Below are positions 39,268 to 48,173 of a stretch of DNA of 64,000 nucleotides, piece after piece. A program made the position numbers and the translations under genes. This stretch comes from Myxococcota bacterium (GTDB lineage Bacteria > Myxococcota_A > UBA9160 > JAFDDA01), in the NCBI GenBank assembly GCA_965228475.1, contig OZ245817.1:3200001-3264000 (forward strand). The letters are read 5' to 3'. Under the pieces are notes generated by a model that saw only the letters and a program-made list of their open reading frames with translations, did not search any database and was not told the origin of the DNA. Every line of letters begins with the position of its first letter. Positions within the stretch are counted from its first letter, which is position 1.

Positions 39268-39295
39268 GCCGCGCTTCGAGCGGCCCTGAACCGCG
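39252..39295 (+). repeat. 22-bp tandem duplication spanning the GH5 stop codon
   Basis: CTTTGAGCGGCCCTGAGCCGCG followed by CTTCGAGCGGCCCTGAACCGCG (20/22 identical). Confidence 0.8.
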
Positions 39296-39300
39296 GCGCC

Positions 39301-40122
39301 CTAGCGCCGGCGGCGGCGGACGAGCCAGACGGCAGCGCCGAAGGCGTAGGCCAGGCGCGCCGGCTCGGAGACGAGCAGGCTCGCGCCGGCCCCGGGCGCG
39401 CCGTCGGAGATGCGCACCTCGTCGAGGCTGCCGTTGAAGGCCGCCGCGTAGTCCATGCGGTGGCCGACCTCGACGTCGACCTCGTGTCCCCAGACGAGAC
39501 CGCGGCCGTCGGCGCCGTCGTGCGACGCGACGCTCGTGCCGTCGATCCAGACCTGCCCGAGCCCCTGGGCGGCGTCGTAGCTGAAGGCGAAGTGATGCCA
39601 GGCGGAGTCCATGTCGAACAGGTCCGAGAGGTCGACCCGCGTTGCGCCGCCGGCGCCGTCCTCGACCCAGTAGCTCACGTCGAGGGAGCTCGGGTTCGCG
39701 ATCAGCACGCCGTCGCTGCCCGTGCTGCGCGAGAACAGGGTCGCCTGGTTCTCGACGGTGCGGGCCCAGAATTCGATCGTGATGCTCGGGACGTCGAGCG
39801 CCGCGTACCACGCCGCCGTCGCGTTGATGCCGTTCGCGCCGCCCTGGCGCGTCCCGCCGAGACTCCCGGCGTTCGCCTGGCCGGTCAGCGGCACCGTGAA
39901 GTTCGGGTTGGCGGCGTTGTCGACGAAGGCTTCCGACGAGAAGAGGGAGCTTCCGAAGGCCACTTCGTTCGCGACCTCGAGGCCGTGGGCCGATGCATCG
40001 AGGTCGGTCTCCATCCGCCAATAGCCGATGGTCGCCGCCGAAGCGTGGGACGCCAAGAAGGTGATCAGGGTCGCCAGCAGCCATTCACGGCGTCGGATCG
40101 GGGAGCGCACGTCGAACCTCAC
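39301..40122 (-). CDS. LamG-like jellyroll protein with PEP-CTERM-like tail
   Basis: GYWRME, TIEFW, WHHFAFSYD, WIDG, FNGSLDEVRIS; VSEP-hydrophobic-RRRRR. Confidence 0.8.
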   Translation of the reverse strand: MRFDVRSPIRRREWLLATLITFLASHASAATIGYWRMETDLDASAHGLEVANEVAFGSSLFSSEAFVDNAANPNFTVPLTGQANAGSLGGTRQGGANGINATAAWYAALDVPSITIEFWARTVENQATLFSRSTGSDGVLIANPSSLDVSYWVEDGAGGATRVDLSDLFDMDSAWHHFAFSYDAAQGLGQVWIDGTSVASHDGADGRGLVWGHEVDVEVGHRMDYAAAFNGSLDEVRISDGAPGAGASLLVSEPARLAYAFGAAVWLVRRRRR

Positions 40123-40290
40123 GAGCGGGGCAGCTCGAAACTCGAGGTCCAGATCGGCGGGACGTGACCCAGACTGAGGGGGTTTTTCGACGGGGGAAGG
40201 CCCGATGCGCAGGAGGGTCGCGGCGCGGTCGCACCCGGCGCGCAGCCGCGGCAGGACGCACGCAACGAGGCCCGTCGCCGGGCCCGGGCG

Positions 40291-41280
40291 CTACTTCGAG
40301 AGTTCGAGCATGCGCTCGATCGGCCGCAGCGCCTTCAAGCGGATCTCTTCCGAGAGCGTGACCTCGGGCTCGAGGTTCAGGAGACAGAGGTAGAGCTTCT
40401 CGAGCGTGTTCAGACGCATGAACGGGCACTGGTTGCACGCGCAGCTCTCGTCCATGCCGGGCGCCTGGATGAGTTCCTTGTCCGGCGCCGCCTTGCGGAT
40501 CTCGTGGAACACGCCGTCCTCGGTGGCGATGATCAGCGTCTTCGCCGGCGACTCGATGGCGCGGTTGATGATGCCGGTCGTCGACGCGATGAAGTCGGCC
40601 TGGGCGAGCACGGACTCTTCGCACTCGGGGTGCGCGAGCACCTCGGCGTCGCGGTGCTGCACCTTCAGCTGGGCGAGCCCCTTCGCGCTGAACTGTTCGT
40701 GGACCACGCACGAGCCGGGCCAGGCGATGATGTCCGGGCGGTTGGCCTCGCGCGCGACCCAGCGGGCGAGGTGCCGGTCCGGCGCGAAGATCAGCGGCTG
40801 CCCGTCGAACTCGCGGACCATCTTCACCGCGTTCGACGACGTGCAGATCAGGTCCGAGAGCGCCTTGATCTCGGCGTGGCTGTTGATGTAGGTGAGCACG
40901 CCGGCGCCGGGGTGCTCGGCCACGAAGGCCTTGAAGTCCTCGGGCGGACAGCCGTCGGCGAGGGAGCAGCCGGCCTCGAGGTCCGGCACCACGACCTTCT
41001 TCTCCGGGTTCAGGATCTTCGCGGTCTCGGCCATGAAGTGGACGCCGCAGAAGGCGATGACTTCGCAGTCGCCGCTGTCCTGGGCGGCCTGGGCGAGGGC
41101 CAGGGAGTCGCCGACCACGTCGGCCAGATCCTGGACCTCGTCCTCCTGGTAGTAGTGCGCGAGCAGGATCGCGTTGCGCTCGCGCTTGAGTTCGAGGATC
41201 GCGCCCTCGAGATCGTCCGGGAAGCCGCCAGGGGGGGCTTCGACCACGGTTCCGCTGCGTCCGGGGGGCATGTCGGCCAT
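40291..41280 (-). CDS. nadA: Quinolinate synthase
   Basis: LAHYYQ, GDSL, FCGVHFMAETAKILNP, GCSLAD, CVVHE, AHPEC, CPFM. Confidence 0.96.
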   Translation of the reverse strand: MADMPPGRSGTVVEAPPGGFPDDLEGAILELKRERNAILLAHYYQEDEVQDLADVVGDSLALAQAAQDSGDCEVIAFCGVHFMAETAKILNPEKKVVVPDLEAGCSLADGCPPEDFKAFVAEHPGAGVLTYINSHAEIKALSDLICTSSNAVKMVREFDGQPLIFAPDRHLARWVAREANRPDIIAWPGSCVVHEQFSAKGLAQLKVQHRDAEVLAHPECEESVLAQADFIASTTGIINRAIESPAKTLIIATEDGVFHEIRKAAPDKELIQAPGMDESCACNQCPFMRLNTLEKLYLCLLNLEPEVTLSEEIRLKALRPIERMLELSK

Positions 41281-41517
41281 GGCGCGCAGGCTAGCGCAGG
41301 GGCCCCGCACAGGGGCCCTCGAGCCGGAGCGGGTGGGCTTCCTGCCGGCCCGGGAAGTGGCACGACGGATTCAAAAGCCCTCGAACAGGAAAGTTTTTTC
41401 CCGTTTGAGGAACGGCTTTGCCGTCGGCGTGGCAAAACGCCCTCCCCCGGGGGTCCAGGTCACCCCTAACCCACCGGAAACAGGGCCCTTCTCGGAATTC
41501 CGCCAGATGCGGCCATG

Positions 41518-41533
41518 CGGCACCGGACTTGCA
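41518..41533 (+). promoter_or_regulatory. Sigma54 (-24/-12) promoter for PEP-CTERM pair
   Basis: CGGCAC-CGGAC-TTGCA versus consensus TGGCAC-N5-TTGCW. Confidence 0.7.
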
Positions 41534-41575
41534 CCCTGGGGAGCCGGGAAATCGGGGATGTGTTGGCGAGTTGTG

Positions 41576-41608
41576 CGCCGGCCTCCCCTCGGGGTGCCGG
41601 CGTTTTTT
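41576..41608 (+). terminator. Intrinsic terminator inside the presumed 5' leader
   Basis: CGCCGGC...CCC-CTCG-GGG...GCCGGCG followed by TTTTTT. Confidence 0.7.
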
Positions 41609-41676
41609 GTGTTGTGTCCGCCGGAGCCTGGACACCCCGCAAGGGGAACCTGGGGAACTGGGGAAGGGAGACTTTG

Positions 41677-42528
41677 ATGTTGTCGTTGAACGGATTCGGA
41701 CGAGCCCTCGCGCTCGTTGCCGCGGGAGCCTTGCTCTCCACGGCAGGCACGGCCAGCGCCGTCCAATTCACGCCGGGCGTGGATGCCCGCCTCCACACGC
41801 TGACCAGCGGTCAGTCGGGTGCCGAGTGGAACACGGGAGCCCTCGGGGCCGCCAACGGGCAGCTCAGCTACTCGTCGGTCACCACGCAGCTCAGCCTGAC
41901 GGCCGAGCTCGACGTGCTGAACTACTACGACCCGAACGACATCACCTGCCCGACGGACGTCGGCTCGAACTGCACGTTCAACTACGGGACCAACCTCGAC
42001 ATCACGGTCGGGGCGGACCTGAACGGCATCGTGACGACCGCGCTCGGCGGCGGGTTCTTCCAGATCGACATCAACTTCGAGACGACCGCGGGCACGGACA
42101 TCACGATCGTCGACCCGACGGACTCGACGACGGTCCTGACGGCCGAGTGGCAGGCGGGAACCTTCAGCGGCTTCCCGACGACGGGCCTCACCGTGAGCGG
42201 CATCTACGACTCGGGCTCCGGCTCGGTGGTCGGTGACCCGACGGCGCTCGGCTTCGCCACCATCACGGGCGGCCTGTACGCCGGGCTCTTCGATTCCGGC
42301 GGAACCTCGGACGTGAGCCTCCACCTGGCCGAGTTCTTCGACTTCGCGCCCACGATCGACGCCATCGCCGCGGCCATCATCGGCACGGGCGTGCTCCCGA
42401 GCTTCACGGCCGAGGGTGAGGGCCAGATCTTCCGCGTGGCGGCCGGCGACTTCGTTCCGGAGCCGAACCTCGGCCTCCTGATCGGATCCGCGGTCCTGGC
42501 CATCGCAGCGATCCGGCGGCGCTCGTAG
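41677..42528 (+). CDS. PEP-CTERM surface protein
   Basis: Signal peptide, Thr/Gly/Ser/Asp-rich, VPEPNLGLLIGSAVLAIAAIRRRS. Confidence 0.88.
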   Translation: MLSLNGFGRALALVAAGALLSTAGTASAVQFTPGVDARLHTLTSGQSGAEWNTGALGAANGQLSYSSVTTQLSLTAELDVLNYYDPNDITCPTDVGSNCTFNYGTNLDITVGADLNGIVTTALGGGFFQIDINFETTAGTDITIVDPTDSTTVLTAEWQAGTFSGFPTTGLTVSGIYDSGSGSVVGDPTALGFATITGGLYAGLFDSGGTSDVSLHLAEFFDFAPTIDAIAAAIIGTGVLPSFTAEGEGQIFRVAAGDFVPEPNLGLLIGSAVLAIAAIRRRS

Positions 42529-42570
42529 AACAGCCACCCTGGTTTCTTGGGGGTGAAGAGGGTGAATGTC

Positions 42571-43338
42571 ATGATGAACAAGCTGGTCCACACGCTGCTC
42601 GCTCTGGTCGTCGTTGCCGCTGTGGCCGCACTTCCGGGACGGGCCAACGCGACGGTCTTCTCCTTCGGGACGATCGACGCGACCGACGAGATCACTTCGA
42701 TCCAGCTCTCGGCGGACGATGGATCGGGCTCGCCGACGGTCGATTTCGACACGTCGACGAACACGCTCGTGATCTCGGCCTCGGTCTCGACGATCAACTT
42801 CGCCAACAAGGCGGCGATCTCGGGGATCGCGGCCGGCGACGTGGTCTTCTCGAGCACGGTCGACCTGACGGGCGCCTACAGCTTCGGCGGCCCCGTCAAT
42901 CCGACGTTCACCGCCGGGTCGTTCACGAACGGCGTGGCGGCGGACTTCTCGATCACGGACATCGCGGGCGGGAACATGGTGCTCTCGGCGGACTACGTCG
43001 GAAGCCTCGACCTGACCATCCTCGCGGCGGGCTTCGTGATCCGCGGTGAGTTCAGTGGCGAGTTCGACCTGATCGACATCGGAACCGGAACGGACGCCGA
43101 CGTGGCGGCTGCCTGGGGATCGAGCGGCACCTACGACCAGCTCTTCACCATCGGCACGGGGGCCAACCTCTGCTGGCAGGTGACGAACTGCCCGGTCGCG
43201 ACGGACTGGGTCGACTGGAGCGCCAACACCACGTCGACCCTGTTGCCGGTCGCGGTGGTCCCGGAGCCCCAGGGCCTCCTGCTGATGCTTTCGGCGGGCG
43301 GTCTCGCTGCCCTGATTCGCCGAAGGGTCCAGGGCTAG
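42571..43338 (+). CDS. PEP-CTERM surface protein
   Basis: Signal peptide, VPEPQGLLLMLSAGGLAALIRRR. Confidence 0.88.
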   Translation: MMNKLVHTLLALVVVAAVAALPGRANATVFSFGTIDATDEITSIQLSADDGSGSPTVDFDTSTNTLVISASVSTINFANKAAISGIAAGDVVFSSTVDLTGAYSFGGPVNPTFTAGSFTNGVAADFSITDIAGGNMVLSADYVGSLDLTILAAGFVIRGEFSGEFDLIDIGTGTDADVAAAWGSSGTYDQLFTIGTGANLCWQVTNCPVATDWVDWSANTTSTLLPVAVVPEPQGLLLMLSAGGLAALIRRRVQG

Positions 43339-43363
43339 TTCCTGCTTCGAGCAGGGTTTCTCG

Positions 43364-43399
43364 ACGGCCGGTCGTGCCCAGGGTACGGCCGGCCGTTTT
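43364..43399 (+). terminator. Intrinsic terminator after PEP-CTERM pair
   Basis: ACGGCCGGTCGTGCC-CAG-GGTACGGCCGGCCGT-TTT, 15-bp stem with 2 G.U pairs. Confidence 0.65.
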
Positions 43400-43508
43400 C
43401 GATCAGGGCAACGGTTGACTTCGGGTCCAAGCGGTCGCACATCTCGAGGAAGCGAACGCAGGTGAAGTCTCGAGCGGAAGCGGGTTCTGCGGAAGGGAGG
43501 AAACGGTC

Positions 43509-45110
43509 GTGATGAGCCGATGGCTCCGGGGGCCGATCCTGCTTCTCGTCGTGGGCCTGCTGAGCCAGGGCACCACCTGCGCGACCGGGTCCGGCCCGAC
43601 GCCGCCCTCCATCTCCATCACCCTGAACGCCGTCGACGAGGACCTGAACGACCTCCTGGTGGTCCCGCCCTCGGGCTACGTGATCAACCTGGGCTTCACC
43701 GCGGGCACCTCGGCGGTCGCCCCGGCGACCCTCGACGTCCAGGCGCTGCAGTGGGGAACCGAGCTGCTGACGGATCTCTCGGGCGATCTCTCGGCGGACG
43801 CGAACGGTGCCGTGGGCATCGCGAGCACCGCCCTTCCGGCCGGCTCCTACACGCTCGTCGCCTCCGTGGAGGACGTCCAGGGCCGCGTCGGCGTCGCGAC
43901 CTACGAGTTTTCCGTTCGGGAGTACGTGACGGCGATGCCCCCGGTCGGAACCGGCCAGGTCATCTGGTACGACTTCACGGCCGACCGGGATGGCGATCTC
44001 GAGCCGGACTTCGCGGCCGACCTGCGCTTCTTCGGCCTCGGGTCCGAGACGGATCCCCACGGCCTGAACCCCCAGATCGAAGCCGACGTGATCGCTCGCC
44101 TCGTCTCCCGCGTCGAGAGCGCCTACTACGACCAGGACCCGGCGGGCCTCGGCGCCCCGGACCCGATCGACGTCACCTTCGTCACCGCCGACCCGGGCCC
44201 CGGCGACGTGACGCAGATCTGCATCGGCGGCGAGTACGCGAGCTACCCGAGCCTGATCGGCTCGATCCTGATCGACCGGAACAACCTCGCCAAGTCCGGC
44301 TCCGAGTGCGGAACGATCCCGCCGACGGGCGTCTTCGCCCGAGGCCTCCAGACCTACGTCGGAAACATCGGCTTCGACAATCAGTTCAGCCCGGTGATGC
44401 CGACCCTCTCCGGCACGCCCGCCGGGGACCACCCGCTCGACCCGACGGTGCTCCACCCCTCCTTCGACCCCGGCACGGCCAGCACCGAGGAGGCGCAGCG
44501 CTACGACGAGCTCCAGACCGCCCTCGACGCCTTCGCCAACGCCCTCGGCAGCATCGTCGCCCACGAGACCGGCCACGCCCTCGGGCTCACCGAGCCGGGT
44601 CCGCCCGGCGGCGGCCTCCACGGCGGGACCAGCGGCTACGCCTTTTCCCACAACGTCCAGGTCGACGGGGTCTCCGCTCCGGCCGAACCCTGGCTGATGA
44701 ACGCGGGCAACACCCTCTCCTTCTCCCAGCTCTCGGGGGACGGCTTCCCGCTGCCGACCTTCCGCCCGCTCTCCCACGCGTACCTGCGCGACCGGGTCGT
44801 TCAGGACCCGGACGTGACGGCGCTCCTCAACCCACCCATCGTGGCCTCGGCGACACCCACCTTCGTGGTCAACACGATCGAGAACCTCGTGGTGCTCGGC
44901 GAGAACTTCGCAGCACCCCCGGTCGTGCGCCTCCAGAGCATCAACCTCGACTACACCTACAACGTCGTCGGGGAGAGCCTCGTCTCGCCGAACGAGATCC
45001 ACGGCCTGATCCTCGACGTCCAGCTGCCGGCCGGCATCTACTGGGTCGAGGTCGTGAACCCGGACGGGCAGGTCTCGGCGCCGCTGACGGCCTACATCGT
45101 CAAGTTCTAG
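43509..45110 (+). CDS. Exported zinc metalloprotease-like protein flanked by Ig-like domains
   Basis: Signal peptide ending in Cys, HETGHALGL, WLMN Met-turn, C-terminal VVNPDG. Confidence 0.65.
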   Translation: MMSRWLRGPILLLVVGLLSQGTTCATGSGPTPPSISITLNAVDEDLNDLLVVPPSGYVINLGFTAGTSAVAPATLDVQALQWGTELLTDLSGDLSADANGAVGIASTALPAGSYTLVASVEDVQGRVGVATYEFSVREYVTAMPPVGTGQVIWYDFTADRDGDLEPDFAADLRFFGLGSETDPHGLNPQIEADVIARLVSRVESAYYDQDPAGLGAPDPIDVTFVTADPGPGDVTQICIGGEYASYPSLIGSILIDRNNLAKSGSECGTIPPTGVFARGLQTYVGNIGFDNQFSPVMPTLSGTPAGDHPLDPTVLHPSFDPGTASTEEAQRYDELQTALDAFANALGSIVAHETGHALGLTEPGPPGGGLHGGTSGYAFSHNVQVDGVSAPAEPWLMNAGNTLSFSQLSGDGFPLPTFRPLSHAYLRDRVVQDPDVTALLNPPIVASATPTFVVNTIENLVVLGENFAAPPVVRLQSINLDYTYNVVGESLVSPNEIHGLILDVQLPAGIYWVEVVNPDGQVSAPLTAYIVKF

Positions 45111-45192
45111 CCTCGTCGAGCCCCAAGAGCCCTTCGCCAAGCAAAGCCGGATACGGTAGCCTTTTCGGGCACTTCCCCGACAGAGGCCCCAC

Positions 45193-47190
45193 ATGAGCGA
45201 AGCCCGACGAGACCGCCCCTGGGTGTTCCGGACCTACTCCGGCCACTCCTCCGCCAAGGCCAGCAACGAGCTCTACCGCAAGAACCTCGGCAAGGGGCAG
45301 ACGGGCCTCTCCGTCGCCTTCGATCTGCCGACGCAGACGGGCTACGACGCGGACCACCCCCTCGCCCGCGGCGAGGTCGGCAAGGTCGGCGTACCGGTCG
45401 GCTCGATCGAGGACATGGAGACCCTGTTCCAGGAGATCCCGCTCGATCAGATGAACACGTCCATGACCATCAACGCGACGGCGGCCTGGCTGCTCTCGCT
45501 CTACGTGGCCACGGGCGAGCGACAGGGCGCCGACCCGAAGTCGCTGCAGGGCACGACCCAGAACGACATCGTGAAGGAGTACCTCTCGCGCGGGACCTAC
45601 ATCTTCCCGCCCGAGCCCTCGATGCGGCTGATCAGCGACATGGTGGCCTACACCGTCGACGCGATCCCGAAGTGGAACCCGATCAACATCTGCTCGTACC
45701 ACCTCCAGGAAGCCGGCGCGACGCCGGTCCAGGAAATCGCCTTCTCCTTCGCGAACGCCGTCGCCGTGCTCGACGCCGTACGCGAGCGCGACGACGTCCC
45801 CGACGAGGTCATCCCCAAGGTCTTCAGCCGCATCTCGTTCTTCCTGAACTCGGGCATCCGCTTCGTGGAAGAGATCTGCAAGGCCCGCGCGATGGCGGAG
45901 CTCTGGGATCAGCTCGGCCGGGAACGCTACGGCGTCGAAGAGCCGAAGCTCCGGCGCTTCCGCTACGGCGTCCAGGTGAACAGCCTCGGCCTGACGGAAG
46001 CCCAGCCGGAGAACAACGTGATCCGGATCGTGCTCGAGGCGCTCGGCGTCACGTTCTCGAAGAAGGCCCGCTGCCGGGCGCTCCAGCTCCCGGCCTGGAA
46101 CGAGGCCCTGGGCCTGCCGCGCCCCTGGGACCAGCAGTGGTCGCTCCGCATCCAGCAGATCCTCGCCTACGAGACGGACCTGCTCGAATACGAGGACCTC
46201 TTCGACGGCTCCCACGTGGTGGAAGCCAAGAGCCGGGAGATGGCCGAGGAGGCGACCGCCGAGCTCGAGAAGATCCAGTCCATGGGTGGCGCGGTCGCCG
46301 CCGTCGAGAACGCCTACATGAAGCAGCGGCTCGTCGAGTCCCACGCCCGGCGCGTGCGCTCGATCGAGACCGGCGACCTCCAGGTCGTCGGCATGAACTG
46401 CTTCACCCAGGCGGAGCCCTCGCCGCTCACCTCGGGCGAGCAGCACATCCTGAAGGTCGACGATACGGCCGAGCACGAGCAGATCGAGCGGCTGAACGCC
46501 TTCCGCAACAAGCGCAACGCGAAGGACGCCGAGGCGGCGCTCACGGGCCTCGTCGACGCGCTCAAGAACGGCGACAACGTGATGCCGCCCTCGATTCGCG
46601 CCGCCCACGCGGGCGTCACCACCGGAGAATGGGCCGACGCCCTGCGCAAGCTCTTCGGCGAGTTCCGGGCGCCGACCGGCGTCGCCGGCCAGAGCGCGGC
46701 GGCGGACGCGGAATCCGTGGCCGAGGTCCGCGCCCGGGTCACGGCCCTCGGCGAAAAGATGGGGCGCCCGCTCAAGATCCTGGTCGGCAAGCCGGGCCTC
46801 GATGGCCACAGCAACGGCGCCGAGCAGATCGCCGTGAAGGCACGGGACGTGGGCATGGAGGTCGTCTACGACGGCATCCGCCTCACGCCGGAGCAGATCG
46901 TGCAATCGGCGCGGGACGAGGGCGTCCACGTGATCGGCCTCTCGATCCTCTCGGGCTCCCACGGCGTGCTCGTCCTCGACGTGCTCGACGCGCTCCGCAA
47001 GGAAGGCCTCGAATCGCTGCCGGTCATCGTCGGCGGCATCATCCCCGACGACGACGCGGAGAAGCTCCGCAGCGCGGGTGTGGAGCGCGTCTACACGCCG
47101 AAGGACTTCGAGCTCACCAAGATCATGAGCGAAGTGGTCGACGTCGTTGCCGCTTCGAGCGCCGACACCGAGGCCCACGCTGCCGGCTGA
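45193..47190 (+). CDS. meaA: Ethylmalonyl-CoA mutase (MeaA/Ecm), B12-dependent
   Basis: DRPWVFRTYSGHSSAKASNELY, YGVQVNSLGLTEAQPENN, QLPAWNEALGLPRPWDQQWSLR, GLDGHSNGAEQI. Confidence 0.93.
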   Translation: MSEARRDRPWVFRTYSGHSSAKASNELYRKNLGKGQTGLSVAFDLPTQTGYDADHPLARGEVGKVGVPVGSIEDMETLFQEIPLDQMNTSMTINATAAWLLSLYVATGERQGADPKSLQGTTQNDIVKEYLSRGTYIFPPEPSMRLISDMVAYTVDAIPKWNPINICSYHLQEAGATPVQEIAFSFANAVAVLDAVRERDDVPDEVIPKVFSRISFFLNSGIRFVEEICKARAMAELWDQLGRERYGVEEPKLRRFRYGVQVNSLGLTEAQPENNVIRIVLEALGVTFSKKARCRALQLPAWNEALGLPRPWDQQWSLRIQQILAYETDLLEYEDLFDGSHVVEAKSREMAEEATAELEKIQSMGGAVAAVENAYMKQRLVESHARRVRSIETGDLQVVGMNCFTQAEPSPLTSGEQHILKVDDTAEHEQIERLNAFRNKRNAKDAEAALTGLVDALKNGDNVMPPSIRAAHAGVTTGEWADALRKLFGEFRAPTGVAGQSAAADAESVAEVRARVTALGEKMGRPLKILVGKPGLDGHSNGAEQIAVKARDVGMEVVYDGIRLTPEQIVQSARDEGVHVIGLSILSGSHGVLVLDVLDALRKEGLESLPVIVGGIIPDDDAEKLRSAGVERVYTPKDFELTKIMSEVVDVVAASSADTEAHAAG

Positions 47191-48160
47191 GCTCGCCAGG
47201 CGCCTGGCCGCGCGGGAGCGCGCCGCGGTCCCCGAGGCCTTGAATCTGCTCGACGACCGCCGGCCGCACCGCCGCGCGGAAGCGCTCGCGATGCTCGACG
47301 CCCTCGCCGAAGCCAAGGCCGGAGAATCGACGCCGCGCGTCGGAGTGACCGGCGCGCCGGGCGCCGGCAAGTCGACCCTGCTCGACGCCCTGGTGCGCGC
47401 GATCCGTGCGAAGGACGAGACCGTCGGCATCGTCGCCGTCGACCCCTCGAGCCAGCGCAGCGGCGGCGCCCTGCTCGGCGATCGCTTCCGCGTGCGCTCC
47501 GGCGCGAGCGACCCGGGCGTCTTCATCCGCAGCATGGCCGCCCGGGAGAAGCTCGGCGGCCTCGCCGACGGGACGTGGGCGGCGGTGACGGTCCTGGCCG
47601 CGGTGTTTGACCGCGTGTTCGTCGAGACCGTGGGCGTCGGGCAATCCGAGGGCGACGTCGCGGATCTCGTCGATACGCTCGTCTTCGTGGCGCAGCCGGG
47701 CGCTGGCGACGTGCTCCAGTTCATGAAGGCCGGGGTGCTCGAGCTGCCGGACCTGTTCGTCGTGAACAAGGCGGACCTCGGAGCTCCCGCCGAGCGCACG
47801 GCCCACGAGCTCGAAGCGGGGCTCGGCCTCGCCGAGAGCGACCGCGCCGGCTTCGGCCTGCGCGTCCTGCGCGCCTCGGCCCGGGACGGGAGCGGACTCG
47901 AAGAGCTCGTCGCGGCCCTCGACGCCCACGCCCAGCACCTGGCCGAGTCCGGCGCCCTCGCGGCCCGGCGAAGCCGCGCCCGCCGGACCCTCGTCGGCGA
48001 CGGCCTCCGCGCCCGCTACGGAAGCTACGGAGTCGAGGCCCTCGGCGGGGCCCAGGCCGTCGAAGCCCGGCTCGACGCCGACCCCGACCGCTCGCCCTTC
48101 GCCTGGCTCCGCGAACTCGGCGCCGAGGTCGAAGAGGCGCTGCGGAAGCCCTCCTCGTGA
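47147..48160 (+). CDS. meaB: MeaB/ArgK GTPase, mutase chaperone
   Basis: GAPGAGKST, AVDPSS, GGALLGDR, ETVGVGQSE, NKAD; start uncertain. Confidence 0.9.
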   Translation: MPLRAPTPRPTLPAELARRLAARERAAVPEALNLLDDRRPHRRAEALAMLDALAEAKAGESTPRVGVTGAPGAGKSTLLDALVRAIRAKDETVGIVAVDPSSQRSGGALLGDRFRVRSGASDPGVFIRSMAAREKLGGLADGTWAAVTVLAAVFDRVFVETVGVGQSEGDVADLVDTLVFVAQPGAGDVLQFMKAGVLELPDLFVVNKADLGAPAERTAHELEAGLGLAESDRAGFGLRVLRASARDGSGLEELVAALDAHAQHLAESGALAARRSRARRTLVGDGLRARYGSYGVEALGGAQAVEARLDADPDRSPFAWLRELGAEVEEALRKPSS

Positions 48161-48173
48161 CGGTGTCGCGCCC

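Noticed and set aside
41358..41374. Second sigma54 site TGGCACGACGGATTC
   Set aside because: No GC at the -12 position (GG-N10-TC).
41540..41610. c-di-GMP-I or other known riboswitch
   Set aside because: A GAAA tetraloop is present but I could not match the conserved core by eye; left as an unassigned leader.
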